A stretch of 64,000 bases of DNA. It comes from Elusimicrobiota bacterium (GTDB taxonomy: Bacteria; Elusimicrobiota; Elusimicrobia; F11). The position numbers and the translations under genes are program-made. The stretch lies in the NCBI GenBank assembly GCA_044221725.1, contig JBGAON010000005.1:160001-224000 (forward strand), in the 5' to 3' direction. Below, in pieces: positions 49,741-59,209 of this stretch. Within the stretch, counting starts at the first letter, position 1, and each line of letters begins with the position of its first letter. The notes below the pieces were generated by a model that saw nothing but the letters and a program-made list of their open reading frames with translations, was not told the DNA's origin and searched no databases.

Positions 49741-50011
49741 GGCATACCGGATTACCGGGCCTCAAATGCGAAAGTGCGAATTTTGCGGTGGTGATAACCC
49801 GGTCAAAGCCTATTGTTGCTTGCACTGCTACAAGGTTTTGCACCCGAAGTACCACTTGCCGTGGTATCGAAAACACATTTGTTTAACGACGCCAATGATG
49901 ATTGTATTGTTTTGTTTTGTCGCGGTCGTGGTGTTCACATTTAAACGATGGGTTGAAAACGCAGAAGCGCAAGTCGACACATCGATCTCTCGCCCCTTAA
50001 AGACCAACTAG
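49724..50011 (+). CDS. Small zinc-ribbon membrane protein
   Basis: CEFC...CLHC followed by one TM helix; GGAG RBS upstream. Confidence 0.65.
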   Translation: MADVPEAYRITGPQMRKCEFCGGDNPVKAYCCLHCYKVLHPKYHLPWYRKHICLTTPMMIVLFCFVAVVVFTFKRWVENAEAQVDTSISRPLKTN

Positions 50012-50040
50012 GTTTCACGCTCCCCTCCAAAGGAGCTCTC

Positions 50041-51633
50041 ATGCAAGTTGTATTCGTTCCGCCCACCTCAGGACGGTTCGCTGAAAAGATTGTGTTCGAT
50101 GCGTTCGCGCACGAATTGAAGCGTCGCGCCATTTTTCCGGTGTCGCCTATGTTAATTCCACCCGAGGACCTGCAAACACAATCGTTCGCCGAAGACGCTC
50201 GATTTCTGCTCGGTTTCTCGCCTGTGTTACACGACGTTCGCTTCGTGCGTTCACTCGAAGGAAAGATTCTTGCGCGCGGCGCGTTGTCGAGCGGTATTCG
50301 GCGCATTTTGTGGAATTCCGATTTGCCCGGAGGATTGCCCGTGCGAGCGATTGAGAAAGAAAATGGACGAATGGACGGCTTTCTTCCGTTCGATCCCTCG
50401 ACGCTGGCGCGTTGCGAGAACCAAGAGTCCTATTTGGAAGCCGCTGGCGCGCACACGAAAATTTCGCGCGCTATAAAGAAGGTCGCCCAAGAGACCGCCA
50501 AATGGCTGGAAGAACCGCTGATCGATACCACGCTTTCGGCGGACAGGCACGACTGGCACGCGGTGGAAAAGGCGGTCACCGCGAAAATTTGGCAGCGATT
50601 TTCGCATTCAAATGATCTCGCCGGTGGCACGACCGAGCGCGTGCTTTCGTGTATCGATGAAATCTTGCACGGTCATGTTCGCGATCACGGTGTTCCGTCC
50701 GACTGCGAAAGTTTTCTCCTCGGACTCCGCCAGCGCGTTTTCGACCATGTGACCGGTCTTGGTCCGCTTGAGCAGCTGATGCGAGATCCATCGGTAAACG
50801 AAGTGATGGTCAACGGTGTAGACGAGGTTTTTGTTGAACGGGAAAGCTCCGTGTCACGTTCGGAAATTCGTTTTGATTCGGAAACGCAGCTGCGAACAAT
50901 TATGGACCGCGTGGCCGCGCGGGCAGGCCGTCGCATCGATTTGGCGTCGCCGCTGTGCGATGTGAGACTGTCCGATGGTTCGCGCGTGAATCTCGTGCTG
51001 CCACCCGTGTCGATTGGTGGCCCGTTGCTCACGATGCGTCGGTTTCGGCCGATTTTCCAAACGCTGGACGATTTGATTCGCGCGGGGACCGTGGAGCGAT
51101 CGCAAGCGGATCAGCTCGTCGACGCTGTTCGCGCTCGCGACAATATCATCGTGGCGGGAAACGCCGGCGCCGGCAAAACAACCCTGCTAAACATTCTCGC
51201 GTCCTTCATTGCTCCCGAAGAGCGCATCCTCACGCTCGAAGATGCTGCGGAACTTCAAATTGGGCGGCCGCACGTTGTGCGGATGGAAACGCGCCAGAAA
51301 AACGCTGAAGGAATCGGAGAAATTACAATGTCGAATTTGCTCATTAACGCTCTGCGAATGCGGCCCGATCGTCTGATCATCGGGGAATGCCGTGGCGCAG
51401 AAGCGATTCCGATGTTGCAGGCAATGAACACGGGGCACGACGGTTCGATGACCACGCTGCACGCGAATTCCGCTGGCGATGCGCTGAAGCGGCTCGAATC
51501 GATGGTGCTCTTGCATGCGCCGGAATGGTCGAGCGAGGTGGTGCGCGAACAAATCTCGGCTGGCATCGATCTCGTAATTCACATACGTCGCCGCGGATCT
51601 GAGAGGAAAGTGGTGGAAATTCGGCATGCGTAA
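50041..51633 (+). CDS. cpaF: Tad pilus ATPase CpaF/TadA with N-terminal extension
   Basis: GLGPLEQL, Walker A GNAGAGKTT, LEDAAEL, LRMRPDRLIIGECRG, AMNTGHDGSMTTLHANS. Confidence 0.93.
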   Translation: MQVVFVPPTSGRFAEKIVFDAFAHELKRRAIFPVSPMLIPPEDLQTQSFAEDARFLLGFSPVLHDVRFVRSLEGKILARGALSSGIRRILWNSDLPGGLPVRAIEKENGRMDGFLPFDPSTLARCENQESYLEAAGAHTKISRAIKKVAQETAKWLEEPLIDTTLSADRHDWHAVEKAVTAKIWQRFSHSNDLAGGTTERVLSCIDEILHGHVRDHGVPSDCESFLLGLRQRVFDHVTGLGPLEQLMRDPSVNEVMVNGVDEVFVERESSVSRSEIRFDSETQLRTIMDRVAARAGRRIDLASPLCDVRLSDGSRVNLVLPPVSIGGPLLTMRRFRPIFQTLDDLIRAGTVERSQADQLVDAVRARDNIIVAGNAGAGKTTLLNILASFIAPEERILTLEDAAELQIGRPHVVRMETRQKNAEGIGEITMSNLLINALRMRPDRLIIGECRGAEAIPMLQAMNTGHDGSMTTLHANSAGDALKRLESMVLLHAPEWSSEVVREQISAGIDLVIHIRRRGSERKVVEIRHA

Positions 51634-52132
51634 CGATCAGTGGTCGCAAGCGTTTCTGTTTCTGTCTGGTTCGCTGCGCTCCGGTCTTTCGCTGGAACAG
51701 GCGCTGGACGTTTTCGTCAGCGAATCGCCGCAATTTTTTGGATGTCAACAACCGAAGCAATGGTTGCCGCTCGAAAAACGTATTCAATTCCTTTTTCCCG
51801 GGAAAAACTTGGCGCTCGCGCGCGCCACACTCGAGTTCGCCTATCGCGCGGGCGGGAAGGCGGCACCGATGCTGGAACGCTGCGCAGACATGCTGCAACG
51901 GAAACACGAGATGGATCAGCGTGTTCAAGCGTTGACCACGCAAACGCGGATATCGGCGTGGATTGTGGGGCTCACGCCCGCCGCGCTGTTGTGCGGTTTC
52001 GGAATTATTTCGCCGGCGTATGTGTCTCTGCTATTTCGGACACGTTTGGGAATGACCGTTCTTGCCGCGGCGATTATTCTCGACGTCGTTGGTTTTGTGC
52101 TCGTGAAACGCCTCGCACGGGTGTCATGGTAA
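51626..52132 (+). CDS. tadB: TadB-like (T2SSF-domain) protein, short form
   Basis: SLRSGLSLEQAL, GGKAAPMLE, VQALTTQTRISAWIV and two C-terminal TMs; follows cpaF. Confidence 0.8.
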   Translation: MRNDQWSQAFLFLSGSLRSGLSLEQALDVFVSESPQFFGCQQPKQWLPLEKRIQFLFPGKNLALARATLEFAYRAGGKAAPMLERCADMLQRKHEMDQRVQALTTQTRISAWIVGLTPAALLCGFGIISPAYVSLLFRTRLGMTVLAAAIILDVVGFVLVKRLARVSW

Positions 52133-52767
52133 CGGTTGTTGGAACTCTCATCGCTGGAATTTGCGCCATGTTTGTGGCGGCACTCGTTGATCTGATCGAG
52201 CACGTGCGCGTCGCGGGGAATTTGCATCGGTTTATTCGTCCTTCAGAGGCGATGGCGGCGCGTCCCAGAAAATTTTCGCGTCTTTTTGAATTCGTTGATA
52301 CCCGCCGCGGCAAATCCGTTCGGACATCGTTCGCGGATTTTCTCGATTTGCTCGCATTGGCCCTTTCGGTTGGATTGCCACCCGAGCAGGCATGGACGTC
52401 CGCGCTTGAATATCTGCCGCCGTGTGTGTTGTCGAGAGAATTGGGTGTTTTTTCTCAGGCGCTAAGCGCCGGCCGATCGCGCACCGACGCGTTCCGTGAA
52501 TTGCGCGACCGTCTCGGCGAGCCGTCTGCCCAAATGACGCTCGTTTTGATCGAGCACGCAATGGAGCGAGGCAATATGATCGGCGACACGCTGCACGATC
52601 AGGCCAGCGCGTTTCGAAATCGGCGATTTATCGAAATCGAACGCGAAGCGCAGCAAGCCAGCATGAAATTGTTATTTCCATTGTTCGTTTTTATTTTGCC
52701 GGCGGTGTTTTTGATTTTGTTGGGACCGCTCATCATCCAACTCTCTCAAGGTTTATCGCTGTTCTGA
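52126..52767 (+). CDS. tadC: TadC-like (T2SSF-domain) protein
   Basis: DFLDLLALALSVGL, GRSRTDAF, AQQASMKLLFPLFVFILPA. Start inferred at ATG 52126. Confidence 0.85.
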   Translation: MVTVVGTLIAGICAMFVAALVDLIEHVRVAGNLHRFIRPSEAMAARPRKFSRLFEFVDTRRGKSVRTSFADFLDLLALALSVGLPPEQAWTSALEYLPPCVLSRELGVFSQALSAGRSRTDAFRELRDRLGEPSAQMTLVLIEHAMERGNMIGDTLHDQASAFRNRRFIEIEREAQQASMKLLFPLFVFILPAVFLILLGPLIIQLSQGLSLF

Positions 52768-52840
52768 CTTCGAGCCGATTTTTTAACGAGATCCTTGTTT
52801 TTGATGGGCCGAAGCGCCCATACTGTTTCCTGAGGCTCCC

Positions 52841-53800
52841 TTGCGGATAAAAGATCTAAAAAACAAACGGATTGTCGTGACGGGTGGCGCCGGTTTTCTC
52901 GGAAGCCATCTGTGCTCCAAGCTTCTCTCCTTGGGTTCGCACGTGACGTGCGTCGACAGTTTGCTCACAGGAAATTCCGATAACATCGCTCCGTTTTTCA
53001 AAAATCCCCGGTTCGAATTTATTAAGCACGATGTGACGCACGATTTGTATATCGGAACCCCGGTGTTTGCGGTGTTGCATTTCGCGAGCCCGGCAAGCCC
53101 GCTTGACTATCTTGAGTTTCCGATACAGACGCTGAAAGTCGGTGCGCTTGGAACCCACAAAATGCTGGGTCTCGCTAAAGAGAAAAAAGCGCGGTTCCTG
53201 CTTGCGTCGACCTCGGAAGTGTACGGCGATCCACAAATTCATCCGCAACCGGAATCCTATTGGGGAAACGTGAATCCCGTTGGTCCGCGCGGCGTTTATG
53301 ACGAAGCAAAACGATACGCCGAGGCGCTTACGATGGCGTATCACCGCGTACACAAAGTGAAAACGCGCATTGTGCGAATTTTTAACACGTACGGCCCTCG
53401 TATGCGACCCAACGATGGCCGCGCCATTCCGGCGTTTATTGGCCAGGCGCTCGCTGGAAAACCCGTCACGATATTTGGAAATGGCCAACAAACGCGATCG
53501 TTCTGCTACATCGATGACGAAGTCGACGGATTGCTGCGGTTGCTCGTGTCCGAGTATTCGAATCCGGTGAACATTGGCAACCCAAAGGAAATGTCGATTG
53601 AGGAATTGGCCCGCCTCGTGATTTCGTTGTGCAAAAGCAAGAGCCGACTTGTTGAAAGATCATTGCCGGTGGATGATCCGAAAGTTCGTCAGCCGGATAT
53701 TTCTATCGCGCGTCGGGTGTTGGGGTGGACGCCGCGCGTGTCGCCCGAGGTTGGACTTAAAAAAACGATCGCGTGGTTTCGAACATGTTCAAAAAAATAA
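52841..53800 (+). CDS. UDP-glucuronate decarboxylase family NAD-dependent epimerase/dehydratase
   Basis: [65 protein letters not shown]. Confidence 0.92.
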   Translation: MRIKDLKNKRIVVTGGAGFLGSHLCSKLLSLGSHVTCVDSLLTGNSDNIAPFFKNPRFEFIKHDVTHDLYIGTPVFAVLHFASPASPLDYLEFPIQTLKVGALGTHKMLGLAKEKKARFLLASTSEVYGDPQIHPQPESYWGNVNPVGPRGVYDEAKRYAEALTMAYHRVHKVKTRIVRIFNTYGPRMRPNDGRAIPAFIGQALAGKPVTIFGNGQQTRSFCYIDDEVDGLLRLLVSEYSNPVNIGNPKEMSIEELARLVISLCKSKSRLVERSLPVDDPKVRQPDISIARRVLGWTPRVSPEVGLKKTIAWFRTCSKK

Positions 53801-55815
53801 TAGCGGACAAGCAGGCTTTAAAGAGTTTGCTGATTTGTTGCGTGGTTGTTCTCGTCGTGATGACGCTTTTTGCTTTTCATGGTCTCGATTCGTTGGAACT
53901 CAAGTCCGTTGATTTTCGGTTTCAATTGCGCGGAACGCGCCCCGTCAACAAAGACATCGTGGTTGTTTCAATTGATGAAGCGTCGATAGCGCACCTTGGA
54001 CGTTGGCCGTGGCCGCGGTCGTTGCACGGGAGCCTCGTACAAAAACTGGCTGCGTCGGGCGCCAAAGCCATCGCGTTCGATGTTTTGTTCACCGAGAAGG
54101 ACGAACAAAACCCAGCGTCGGACGCATTGTTGGCGCGGGCCGCTGAGGAAACCGGAATTGTGACATCGGCGTTTCTCATTCGCGGCGGTTTGAGCCACGA
54201 TTTGCTTGGCAAAGACCCGCTTTTTCCATTTCCGGCCCTTAAGGATCACACCTATTGGGGTTTCGTGAACTTTGTGCCGGATCGCGACGGCGTTTGCCGA
54301 CGTGGTCACTTGTATTCGATCGTGGATGACGAAGTTTTTCCATCGTTGCCGGTCGCCACGCTCGCGCTCGCCGAACACAAAACATTTCAGGAGCTGTTGC
54401 CGCATTTGCCCGTCGTCGTGAGCAAAGATCCCGACATTGCGAAGAACCAATTGTTTATCAACTTTGCCTACTCCGCAACCGCTGATTCCTACAAAACATA
54501 CTCGTACGCGGATGTGCTGAGCGGTAAGGTGCCGCCATCGGCGTTCCAAGGAAAAATAGTGCTCGTGGGCGGAACGGCCGCCGCACTTTTCGACACGAAA
54601 GCGATTCCGTTTGCTTCCATTTATTACGGTGTTCTCATCCACGCAAACATCATCGATAACTTAATTTCCGGCAATTATATGCGCGAAGCGCCGAGCGAAA
54701 TCACGTTGCTTTACGTGATCGTGCTGGGACTGTTGTTCGGATTGGTGTTGCCACGCCTGTCGCCGGTGCGGCAGTTTGTGGTTTTCTTGATCGTGGTGGG
54801 CGGCGGGGTGGCCACCGCGATTTATATGTTTGCGTTAAGAAATACGATCTGGCCAATGGTCGCACCGCTTTTGACCGCTGTCAGCTGTTACGGTGGTGTG
54901 GTGTTTCACCGATTGATCGTTGAAGAACGAGAAAAACGGAAGATAAAAGGAAGCTTCAAGCAATATTTGTCCCCGAAGATCATTGATGTTCTCACGAAAG
55001 ATCCATCGAAGCTTCGCTTGGGCGGTGAGGAGCGCGAGGTTTCCATTTTCTTTCTTGATATTGCTGGTTTCACAACGATGTCCGAGACGTTAAAACCCAC
55101 GCAGCTTGTTGAAGTGATGAATCACTGTCTGACCGAGTTTAGCAACATCATTCTTAAACACGATGGTCTCATCAACAAGTATATCGGCGATTGTGTCATG
55201 GCGTTTTGGAACGCGCCGGCCGACCAACCGCTGCACGCGACCCAGGCGTGTTTGGCCGCGCTCGAATGCATTCGCGTGTTACCGGATATCAACCGCAAAT
55301 TGCAGGAGAAAGGGTTGCCGAGCATCGATTGCCGCATCGGCGTAAATACCGGAGTGGCGGTGGTTGGAAACATGGGATCGCATGAGAAATTTGACTACAC
55401 GGCGATGGGAGATCCGGTCAATCTCGCGTCACGCCTCGAAGGCGCGAACAAGCAGTATCACACGCGCATCATGATTTCGGACGCCACGTTCGAAAAGGCG
55501 CGCGAAGAAATTGAAGCACGCGATTTGGATTTGATCCGCGTGAAAGGAAAGAAAGAGCCGCGCAAAGTTTTCGAGGTGCTGTGCAAAAAAGGCGAGCTTC
55601 TCGAAGAGGTATCCGAAGGACGCAAGCGCTATCACCAGGGGCTTGCGCTTTACCGTCAGCGCAGCTTTGCTGAAGCGATTGAAGCATTCCAAACGGTGTT
55701 CGATTATCTTCCGAACGACCGCGTGACGCGTGTTTATCTCGAACGCGCACGTGCATTTGCTGCTCATCCGCCGCCGCCCATGTGGGACGGCGTTTACGAA
55801 CTCACCACAAAATAA
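53785..55815 (+). CDS. CHASE2-domain class III adenylate/guanylate cyclase
   Basis: [24 protein letters not shown], three TMs, [42 protein letters not shown], and a TPR-like tail. Confidence 0.93.
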   Translation: MFKKIIADKQALKSLLICCVVVLVVMTLFAFHGLDSLELKSVDFRFQLRGTRPVNKDIVVVSIDEASIAHLGRWPWPRSLHGSLVQKLAASGAKAIAFDVLFTEKDEQNPASDALLARAAEETGIVTSAFLIRGGLSHDLLGKDPLFPFPALKDHTYWGFVNFVPDRDGVCRRGHLYSIVDDEVFPSLPVATLALAEHKTFQELLPHLPVVVSKDPDIAKNQLFINFAYSATADSYKTYSYADVLSGKVPPSAFQGKIVLVGGTAAALFDTKAIPFASIYYGVLIHANIIDNLISGNYMREAPSEITLLYVIVLGLLFGLVLPRLSPVRQFVVFLIVVGGGVATAIYMFALRNTIWPMVAPLLTAVSCYGGVVFHRLIVEEREKRKIKGSFKQYLSPKIIDVLTKDPSKLRLGGEEREVSIFFLDIAGFTTMSETLKPTQLVEVMNHCLTEFSNIILKHDGLINKYIGDCVMAFWNAPADQPLHATQACLAALECIRVLPDINRKLQEKGLPSIDCRIGVNTGVAVVGNMGSHEKFDYTAMGDPVNLASRLEGANKQYHTRIMISDATFEKAREEIEARDLDLIRVKGKKEPRKVFEVLCKKGELLEEVSEGRKRYHQGLALYRQRSFAEAIEAFQTVFDYLPNDRVTRVYLERARAFAAHPPPPMWDGVYELTTK

Positions 55816-55822
55816 TTCTCAC

Positions 55823-55838
55823 TGTGACAAAGTTCTCA
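55823..55838. promoter_or_regulatory. Possible CRP/FNR-family binding site
   Basis: TGTGA-caaagt-TCTCA, one mismatch from TGTGA-N6-TCACA, with TACACT at 55862. Confidence 0.4.
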
Positions 55839-55906
55839 TTGTATTGGGTGCCGTTGCCGCTTACACTTCTTTTGTCCCAGCAAAAAATTTCAGGAGGAAA
55901 TTGTTT

Positions 55907-56290
55907 ATGTTGAAAAAAACACTGCTTATTTCCTTATCGATTTTCGGGCTGCTGGGATCCACTGTTTTTGGTGAGGCGCCCGCGAAGCGCTACCGTGTTG
56001 TTGTGAAAATTGAGGGTTTTCCGTCGACGTTGATCGAATCGGTGAAAGGAAAAGTATACGCCTTTGGTTCGAGCTCTATCAGTGGGTCGACCGAATGGCC
56101 GATTCAAATGCAGGACGGCTCCTTGCGCGCCGATATTGAACTCGAGGACGCCGAAGATCCGGTGAATTTGCAGGCCGCGTTGGTGGCCCGTCCGTTCCGT
56201 GGTTCAGACATTAAAGCGACAGCCGAACAAAACTTCCTCGCCGGCGCCAGCGCCGGCAACACCATCGTCCTTCAAGCGGTGCCCGAGTAA
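55907..56290 (+). CDS. Small secreted hypothetical protein
   Basis: AGGAGG RBS before ATG 55907 and signal peptide MLKKTLLISLSIFGLLGSTVFG. Confidence 0.75.
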   Translation: MLKKTLLISLSIFGLLGSTVFGEAPAKRYRVVVKIEGFPSTLIESVKGKVYAFGSSSISGSTEWPIQMQDGSLRADIELEDAEDPVNLQAALVARPFRGSDIKATAEQNFLAGASAGNTIVLQAVPE

Positions 56291-56293
56291 GAC

Positions 56294-57103
56294 CTAGTAG
56301 TGCCCCAGTGTCCCGTCTTCCTGGGATTTCTTAAGAGCGATCTGAAACGCCACGATTCCAATCGGCCACACAAGAAGCGTGAACAAAAACAAAAACAATA
56401 AATCTTCCCGCACCGCATCAATTCCGGCATCGGCCAGCAACGTTCTTCGAATGCAAGAGAGCGCGTGTGTCATGGGGACCCATTGCGACACCGATCGCAT
56501 CCACTCCGGCAAAATGTCGGTCGGAAAGTAGACACCGCCAAACAGCTCTCCCGCCGATGCGATAAGCCATGTCACCGGATTTCCTTTTTTGAATCGCAGA
56601 ATGAACGCGGCCGAGAGGATTCCGAGACCCATGAACGTCGTCAGCGTCAAGAAAACCGCCAAGCACACCGCCGGTATGTTGGCTTGCGACAGATTGAGGT
56701 CAAACACACTTACGGCCACAATGAAGTAAATCAGCACCTCGGCGGTCGCGTACAGAAAATCCCATAGGGCGGAACCCGCCAGAAATGTCGGAATTCGGAT
56801 AGGGGTGACGAGCACCGACTCGAGCGTGCCCACGTATTGTTCTTGTCGCAGCGATTGAGCAAATGAGTTTAGGCCAACGCTCTGGTAGGTTGAAAACGCT
56901 ATTCCGACGAGCACGAACGGAAAATAGGAGCCGCCGTAACTTTTTATCGCGGGCATTCCCTGAGCGTCGAACAGCCGCGCCACGAAATAAAACGTTGTCG
57001 AAGTGAAAACAATACTCGCAATGTCGAGCAGAAACGAAAATCTGTAGCTGAGCATCTGCTTAAAATCGCGAAGCAAAAATGCCGAAAACGCCCGCGCGAT
57101 CAC
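56294..57103 (-). CDS. ABC-2 type transporter permease
   Basis: About six TMs, EQYVGTLESVLVTP, GGVYFPTDILPEW, PMTHAL. Confidence 0.9.
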   Translation of the reverse strand: MIARAFSAFLLRDFKQMLSYRFSFLLDIASIVFTSTTFYFVARLFDAQGMPAIKSYGGSYFPFVLVGIAFSTYQSVGLNSFAQSLRQEQYVGTLESVLVTPIRIPTFLAGSALWDFLYATAEVLIYFIVAVSVFDLNLSQANIPAVCLAVFLTLTTFMGLGILSAAFILRFKKGNPVTWLIASAGELFGGVYFPTDILPEWMRSVSQWVPMTHALSCIRRTLLADAGIDAVREDLLFLFLFTLLVWPIGIVAFQIALKKSQEDGTLGHY

Positions 57104-57861
57104 GACTTCGGCTCCTCGACCGCCTTCATATACATCTCTTCGAGCGTGGACGATTTTAGCTCCTTTTCCAAATCGAGGCCTTGCACGGTTTTCACAATTT
57201 CACCTTTGTTCACGATCACAATCATATCGGCGACACGACGCGCTTCCTCGAGCAAATGCGTCGAAAGCAAAACGGTTTTTTTCTGAATTCGGGTTAAATG
57301 ATCTTTCAACAGCCGTCGAAAGCGCAGCGTGGTCTGCGGATCCAAGTTTCGAATCGGCTCATCAAGCAATAGAACCGGCGGATTGTGCAGCAACGCACGG
57401 GCGAGACCTATTTTTTGTTTCGTGCCCGACGACACGCGTTGAAGGTTCGTATCGATTTCATCATTGATACCGATCTGCAGGGAAATATTTCCAATGTTGC
57501 GGTCCATCTCGATTGGCGTGAGGTTGTGAAGCGCTCCGAAAAACCGCAAATTTTCGCGACCCGTAATGCGACCATAGAGTCCGCTGCGTTCCTCGGCCGG
57601 CATCCAGCCAATATCGGCACGCGCGGCGCCGGGGTTGGCAAGTCGATCGATGCCGTGTACAAAAACCGTGCCGCCATCCGGTTCGATGAGGCCGGCCAAG
57701 ATTTTCAGCAGTGTCGTTTTACCGGAGCCGTTCGGACCGAGCAAGCAGCACACGGTGCCCATTGGAACTTCGAGTGAAACGTTTTTTAGGATTTCTTTTT
57801 TGCCGTAGTGTTTGGAAAGATTTTTGACATCGATTGCAATCGGATGCTCTTCGGATTTCAT
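57100..57861 (-). CDS. ABC transporter ATP-binding protein
   Basis: GPNGSGKTT, VSSGTKQK, LLLDEP, STH. Confidence 0.93.
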   Translation of the reverse strand: MKSEEHPIAIDVKNLSKHYGKKEILKNVSLEVPMGTVCCLLGPNGSGKTTLLKILAGLIEPDGGTVFVHGIDRLANPGAARADIGWMPAEERSGLYGRITGRENLRFFGALHNLTPIEMDRNIGNISLQIGINDEIDTNLQRVSSGTKQKIGLARALLHNPPVLLLDEPIRNLDPQTTLRFRRLLKDHLTRIQKKTVLLSTHLLEEARRVADMIVIVNKGEIVKTVQGLDLEKELKSSTLEEMYMKAVEEPKS

Positions 57862-57908
57862 GTGGTGGTATTGTGTTAATTTTTCGATGTGTTTTCAAAC
57901 GAACGAGT

Positions 57909-57964
57909 TCTGCAGTCTAAGATGTAACCATAGGGCTTATCGATCTGCAGTAAGAAATGTAACC
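57909..57964. repeat. Two direct copies of TCTGCAGT-N5-ATGTAACC, 35 bp apart
   Basis: Copies at 57909-57929 and 57944-57964, intergenic, upstream of the ABC operon. Confidence 0.7.
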
Positions 57965-58056
57965 CAACTTCAGAACAGCGAAGGAGGGTGGGATGCCGAG
58001 CTACACCGCACGAATGGAAAAGGAAAGGAAGGGTTGCGGCGTGCAGGGTATGGAAT

Positions 58057-58533
58057 TTAGAGGATGCGGATCGAGATGTTGCCGTCTTGTTGAATTGAAA
58101 AACGATCGCGATCCATTTTTCCGTCAAAGAAAATTTGCACGCCGGCGGGCATTTCGCATGTTGCGCTGACCGAGTCGAAATTGAGAATCGCCGTGGCCAT
58201 TCCGTTCGGCGAAACTTTTAACGAAACCGGGTTTGAGAAACTGATCCTTTTGCCTTTTTCCATGCAGGCACTTTCGAGAGCGTACATCGCCACCTGGATT
58301 TGCGCATCGACGGTTTTCTCATTGTCGTTCTTGATGACCGCTTCCAATGTATAAGGCGCGCCGGTCATCGCCGGTGCCGCGGAAGGTTTTATTGTGATTG
58401 AAATATTCGGCTGATTCTCTGCGGAAAATCCAAAAACGGCGGCCGCGATAATAATGCCAATTGCAACCGCGATGAGACGTGTTACGCACAGTCGTTTGAT
58501 CCAGGTACGGTGCAGATTTGGCAAGTCGCTCAT
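58057..58533 (-). CDS. Hypothetical membrane-anchored protein with beta-rich domain
   Basis: TM segment LIAVAIGIIIAAAVFG followed by an Ig-like pattern. Start inferred (ATG 58533 or 58542). Confidence 0.6.
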   Translation of the reverse strand: MSDLPNLHRTWIKRLCVTRLIAVAIGIIIAAAVFGFSAENQPNISITIKPSAAPAMTGAPYTLEAVIKNDNEKTVDAQIQVAMYALESACMEKGKRISFSNPVSLKVSPNGMATAILNFDSVSATCEMPAGVQIFFDGKMDRDRFSIQQDGNISIRIL

Positions 58534-58616
58534 GTCTCCCATAACGGTCTTCAGGTTACGGGGGACAGATGACATTTTGGTGGCATTTCTGGGGGAAATA
58601 ATCGACAATTCCTGCC

Positions 58617-58958
58617 ATGACGATTGTTTTTCTTTTTCTATCGCTGTTTGTCGCCTCGGTTGTTGTGGCCGCGCCGCCCCAGAAATCCAACGCGCAAATG
58701 AAATGGAGCGATGAAGATTCCGATGCAAGCGATTCCGATGCGGATCGGCCCGACGACGAAAAGTCCATGGCGCCCGAAGCCGCGGAAGGTCCGGATGCCA
58801 ACGATGTCTCGCCGAAGGCGGTCCAAACACCCGAGCAAACGCCGTCCCCGGAGCCGACGCCGCTGCCCAAAAAAGGGGAGATGAAAAAGAAGCCGGAACA
58901 GCCAAAACCCGCCAAAGTCACGCCCAAAAAGCTCGAAATTCCGAAGCCCACCTACTAA
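58617..58958 (+). CDS. Small secreted low-complexity protein
   Basis: Signal-like N-terminus, acidic middle, Pro/Lys-rich tail. Confidence 0.6.
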   Translation: MTIVFLFLSLFVASVVVAAPPQKSNAQMKWSDEDSDASDSDADRPDDEKSMAPEAAEGPDANDVSPKAVQTPEQTPSPEPTPLPKKGEMKKKPEQPKPAKVTPKKLEIPKPTY

Positions 58959-59114
58959 TTCTTTCTTTTCTTTCATTTCGCGCTGAAAAATAGGCACGAA
59001 ATGCAAGTCGCGTTTTTCGCGCGGCTCCCACCCTTCACTTGAATTTTCCGTCGAGCCACCGTACGCTGTTTGGACGGATTTTCGCATTGATTTTCAAGCC
59101 TTTCTTCGCCGCTT

Positions 59115-59167
59115 TTTAATCTCGAATTAAGGCCAATTTAAGGAGCGGTGTTTACAATTTGTTTACA
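59115..59167 (+). promoter_or_regulatory. 11-bp-phased TTAA x3 and TTTACA x2 repeats upstream of the YD-repeat giant gene
   Basis: (T/A)TTAA at 59115, 59126 and 59137; TTTACA at 59151 and 59162. Confidence 0.55.
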
Positions 59168-59209
59168 CCCTCTTTTTGATGCGCTCGGGGTGGGAAAACC
59201 ACTAAAAAA

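Noticed and set aside
51626..52132. Short tadB as a pseudogene
   Set aside because: The core domain and both C-terminal TMs are intact, it is coupled to both neighbours, and no frameshifted remnant is evident.
46464..58905. ORF-track starts at 46464, 48853, 51640, 55730 and 58905
   Set aside because: They overlap neighbouring genes extensively. Downstream starts give proper signal peptides, RBSs or stop-start coupling.
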